Source of the DNA: Pannonibacter carbonis
Lineage (GTDB): Bacteria > Pseudomonadota > Alphaproteobacteria > Rhizobiales > Stappiaceae
Assembly: GCF_003012935.1 (NCBI RefSeq)
Contig: NZ_PUDR01000001.1
Span: forward strand, 114,182-138,181
Direction of reading: 5' to 3'
Length of the DNA stretch: 24,000 nucleotides
Shown here: positions 23,199 to 24,000 of the stretch, piece by piece
How the letters are laid out: each line of letters starts with the position of its first letter
Numbering within the stretch: position 1 is the stretch's first letter
Notes under the pieces: model-generated
The model's input: the letters and a program-made list of their open reading frames with translations, nothing else
The model's database searches: none
Told to the model about the DNA's origin: nothing
Translations under genes and position numbers: made by a program

Positions 23199-24000
23199 TC
23201 AGCTTTCCTTGAGGCCGTCCGCCGTGCACATCTGGCCGGGATAGGCAGCGTACGGGTTCGGCGCGATCCATTCGGGGAAGCTCTCCAGCACCTCGAACTG
23301 GCCGTTGGACTTCGCCATGGCAATCTTTGGCCAGAGGTAAGTGTGCAGGTTCTCCGGCTCGATGCGGATGCGGCCCTGCGGAGCGATCAGTTCCTGGCCC
23401 TTGACGGCCTCGCGGATGGTGGGCGGGTCGATCTCGCTGCCGGCCAGCTTCTCGACAGCCTGCTTGAACAGGTAGACCTGGAAGTAGGATGGCTCGGACA
23501 CGAAATGGGTGACCTTGTCGTCGCCCCAGCGGCGCTTGTAGGCCGCCACGAACTTCTCGTTTTCCGGCGACTGGTGCACCATGAAGTAAGGCGCGGACGT
23601 GAAATGTCCGGCTGCCGCTTCACCACCCATGGCCGCGACCTCGTTTTCCGACGTCGTCAGGCTGGCCATCGGCATCTTTTCCGGATCGAGACCGGCCGCG
23701 CGGTACTGGCGATGCAGGGCCACGACGGAATCGCCGACAACGGTCGAGAAGATGACATTCGGCTGCGTGCTCTGGATCTTGTTGATGACCGAGGAGAACT
23801 CGGAATGGCCAAGCGGCACGTATTCCTCGTTCACCACCTCACCGCCGAGCTTCTCAAGCAGCTTCTTGCAGTAGTTGTTCTCTTCCTTCGGATAGATGTA
23901 GTTCGAACCGATCAGGTAGAACTTCTTGCCAAATTTCTGCACCAGCCAGGGGATGAACTCGTCCTGCTGCTGGTTCGGCACGGCACCGGTGTAGATCACG
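23199..24000 (-). CDS. urtA: Urea/amide-binding periplasmic protein (UrtA/FmdD/AmiC-like), 5' end outside the window
   Basis: C-terminal 266 aa of a LivJ/UrtA-type binding protein (FYLIGSNYIYPKEENNYCKKLLEKLGGEVVNEEYVPLGHSEFSSVINKI...). The reading frame stays open to the window edge. Stop is TGA at 23199-23201. Confidence 0.82.
   Translation of the reverse strand, partial: VIYTGAVPNQQQDEFIPWLVQKFGKKFYLIGSNYIYPKEENNYCKKLLEKLGGEVVNEEYVPLGHSEFSSVINKIQSTQPNVIFSTVVGDSVVALHRQYRAAGLDPEKMPMASLTTSENEVAAMGGEAAAGHFTSAPYFMVHQSPENEKFVAAYKRRWGDDKVTHFVSEPSYFQVYLFKQAVEKLAGSEIDPPTIREAVKGQELIAPQGRIRIEPENLHTYLWPKIAMAKSNGQFEVLESFPEWIAPNPYAAYPGQMCTADGLKES

Noticed and set aside
1-24000. Scan for tRNA, rRNA, CRISPR repeats, IS inverted repeats, integrase or transposase genes, toxin-antitoxin pairs or defence-system genes
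   Set aside because: I saw no periodic direct repeats, no cloverleaf-like conserved segments, no transposase-, integrase- or nuclease-like ORFs, and no long direct or terminal inverted repeats by eye. The MoxR-VWA pair was considered as a conflict-system module, but its CbbQ/CbbO-type architecture and its position behind amiE argue for an enzyme-maturation role.

Overview
High-GC bacterial accessory-metabolism region. Gene content and a CTTGAC-type -35 box suggest an alphaproteobacterium, possibly Rhizobiales, but this is inference only. I found no rRNA, tRNA, CRISPR array, IS or phage genes. About 21 real genes fall into four blocks. (1) Minus strand, 95-3098: a TRAP transporter dctP-dctQ-dctM with a recognisable sigma70-like promoter overlapped by a perfect palindrome. 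(2) Minus strand, 3225-8412: two tandem, translationally coupled IclR-family regulators, then an operon of an SDR oxidoreductase, a KstD-like FAD flavoprotein and an EamA/DMT permease; substrate unknown. (3) Plus strand, 8604-15303: a ROK-family regulator lacking the zinc motif, an M20 metallopeptidase, and a Frc-like sugar-type ABC transporter whose permease and ATPase genes are separated by a YhfX-like fold-type-III PLP (racemase-fold) gene; substrate unknown. (4) Minus strand, 15349 to the window edge: a urea/short-chain-amide ABC transporter (urtA-like, urtBCDE), then aliphatic amidase amiE, an intrinsic terminator, a CbbQ/NorQ-type MoxR AAA+ ATPase and a CbbO/NorD-type VWA protein. The best candidate for something undescribed is the amidase plus Q/O remodeler module. 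These pairs are known as dedicated activases of Rubisco or NO reductase, and neither client is present here. The many long ORFs antisense to these genes are high-GC shadow ORFs and were rejected.
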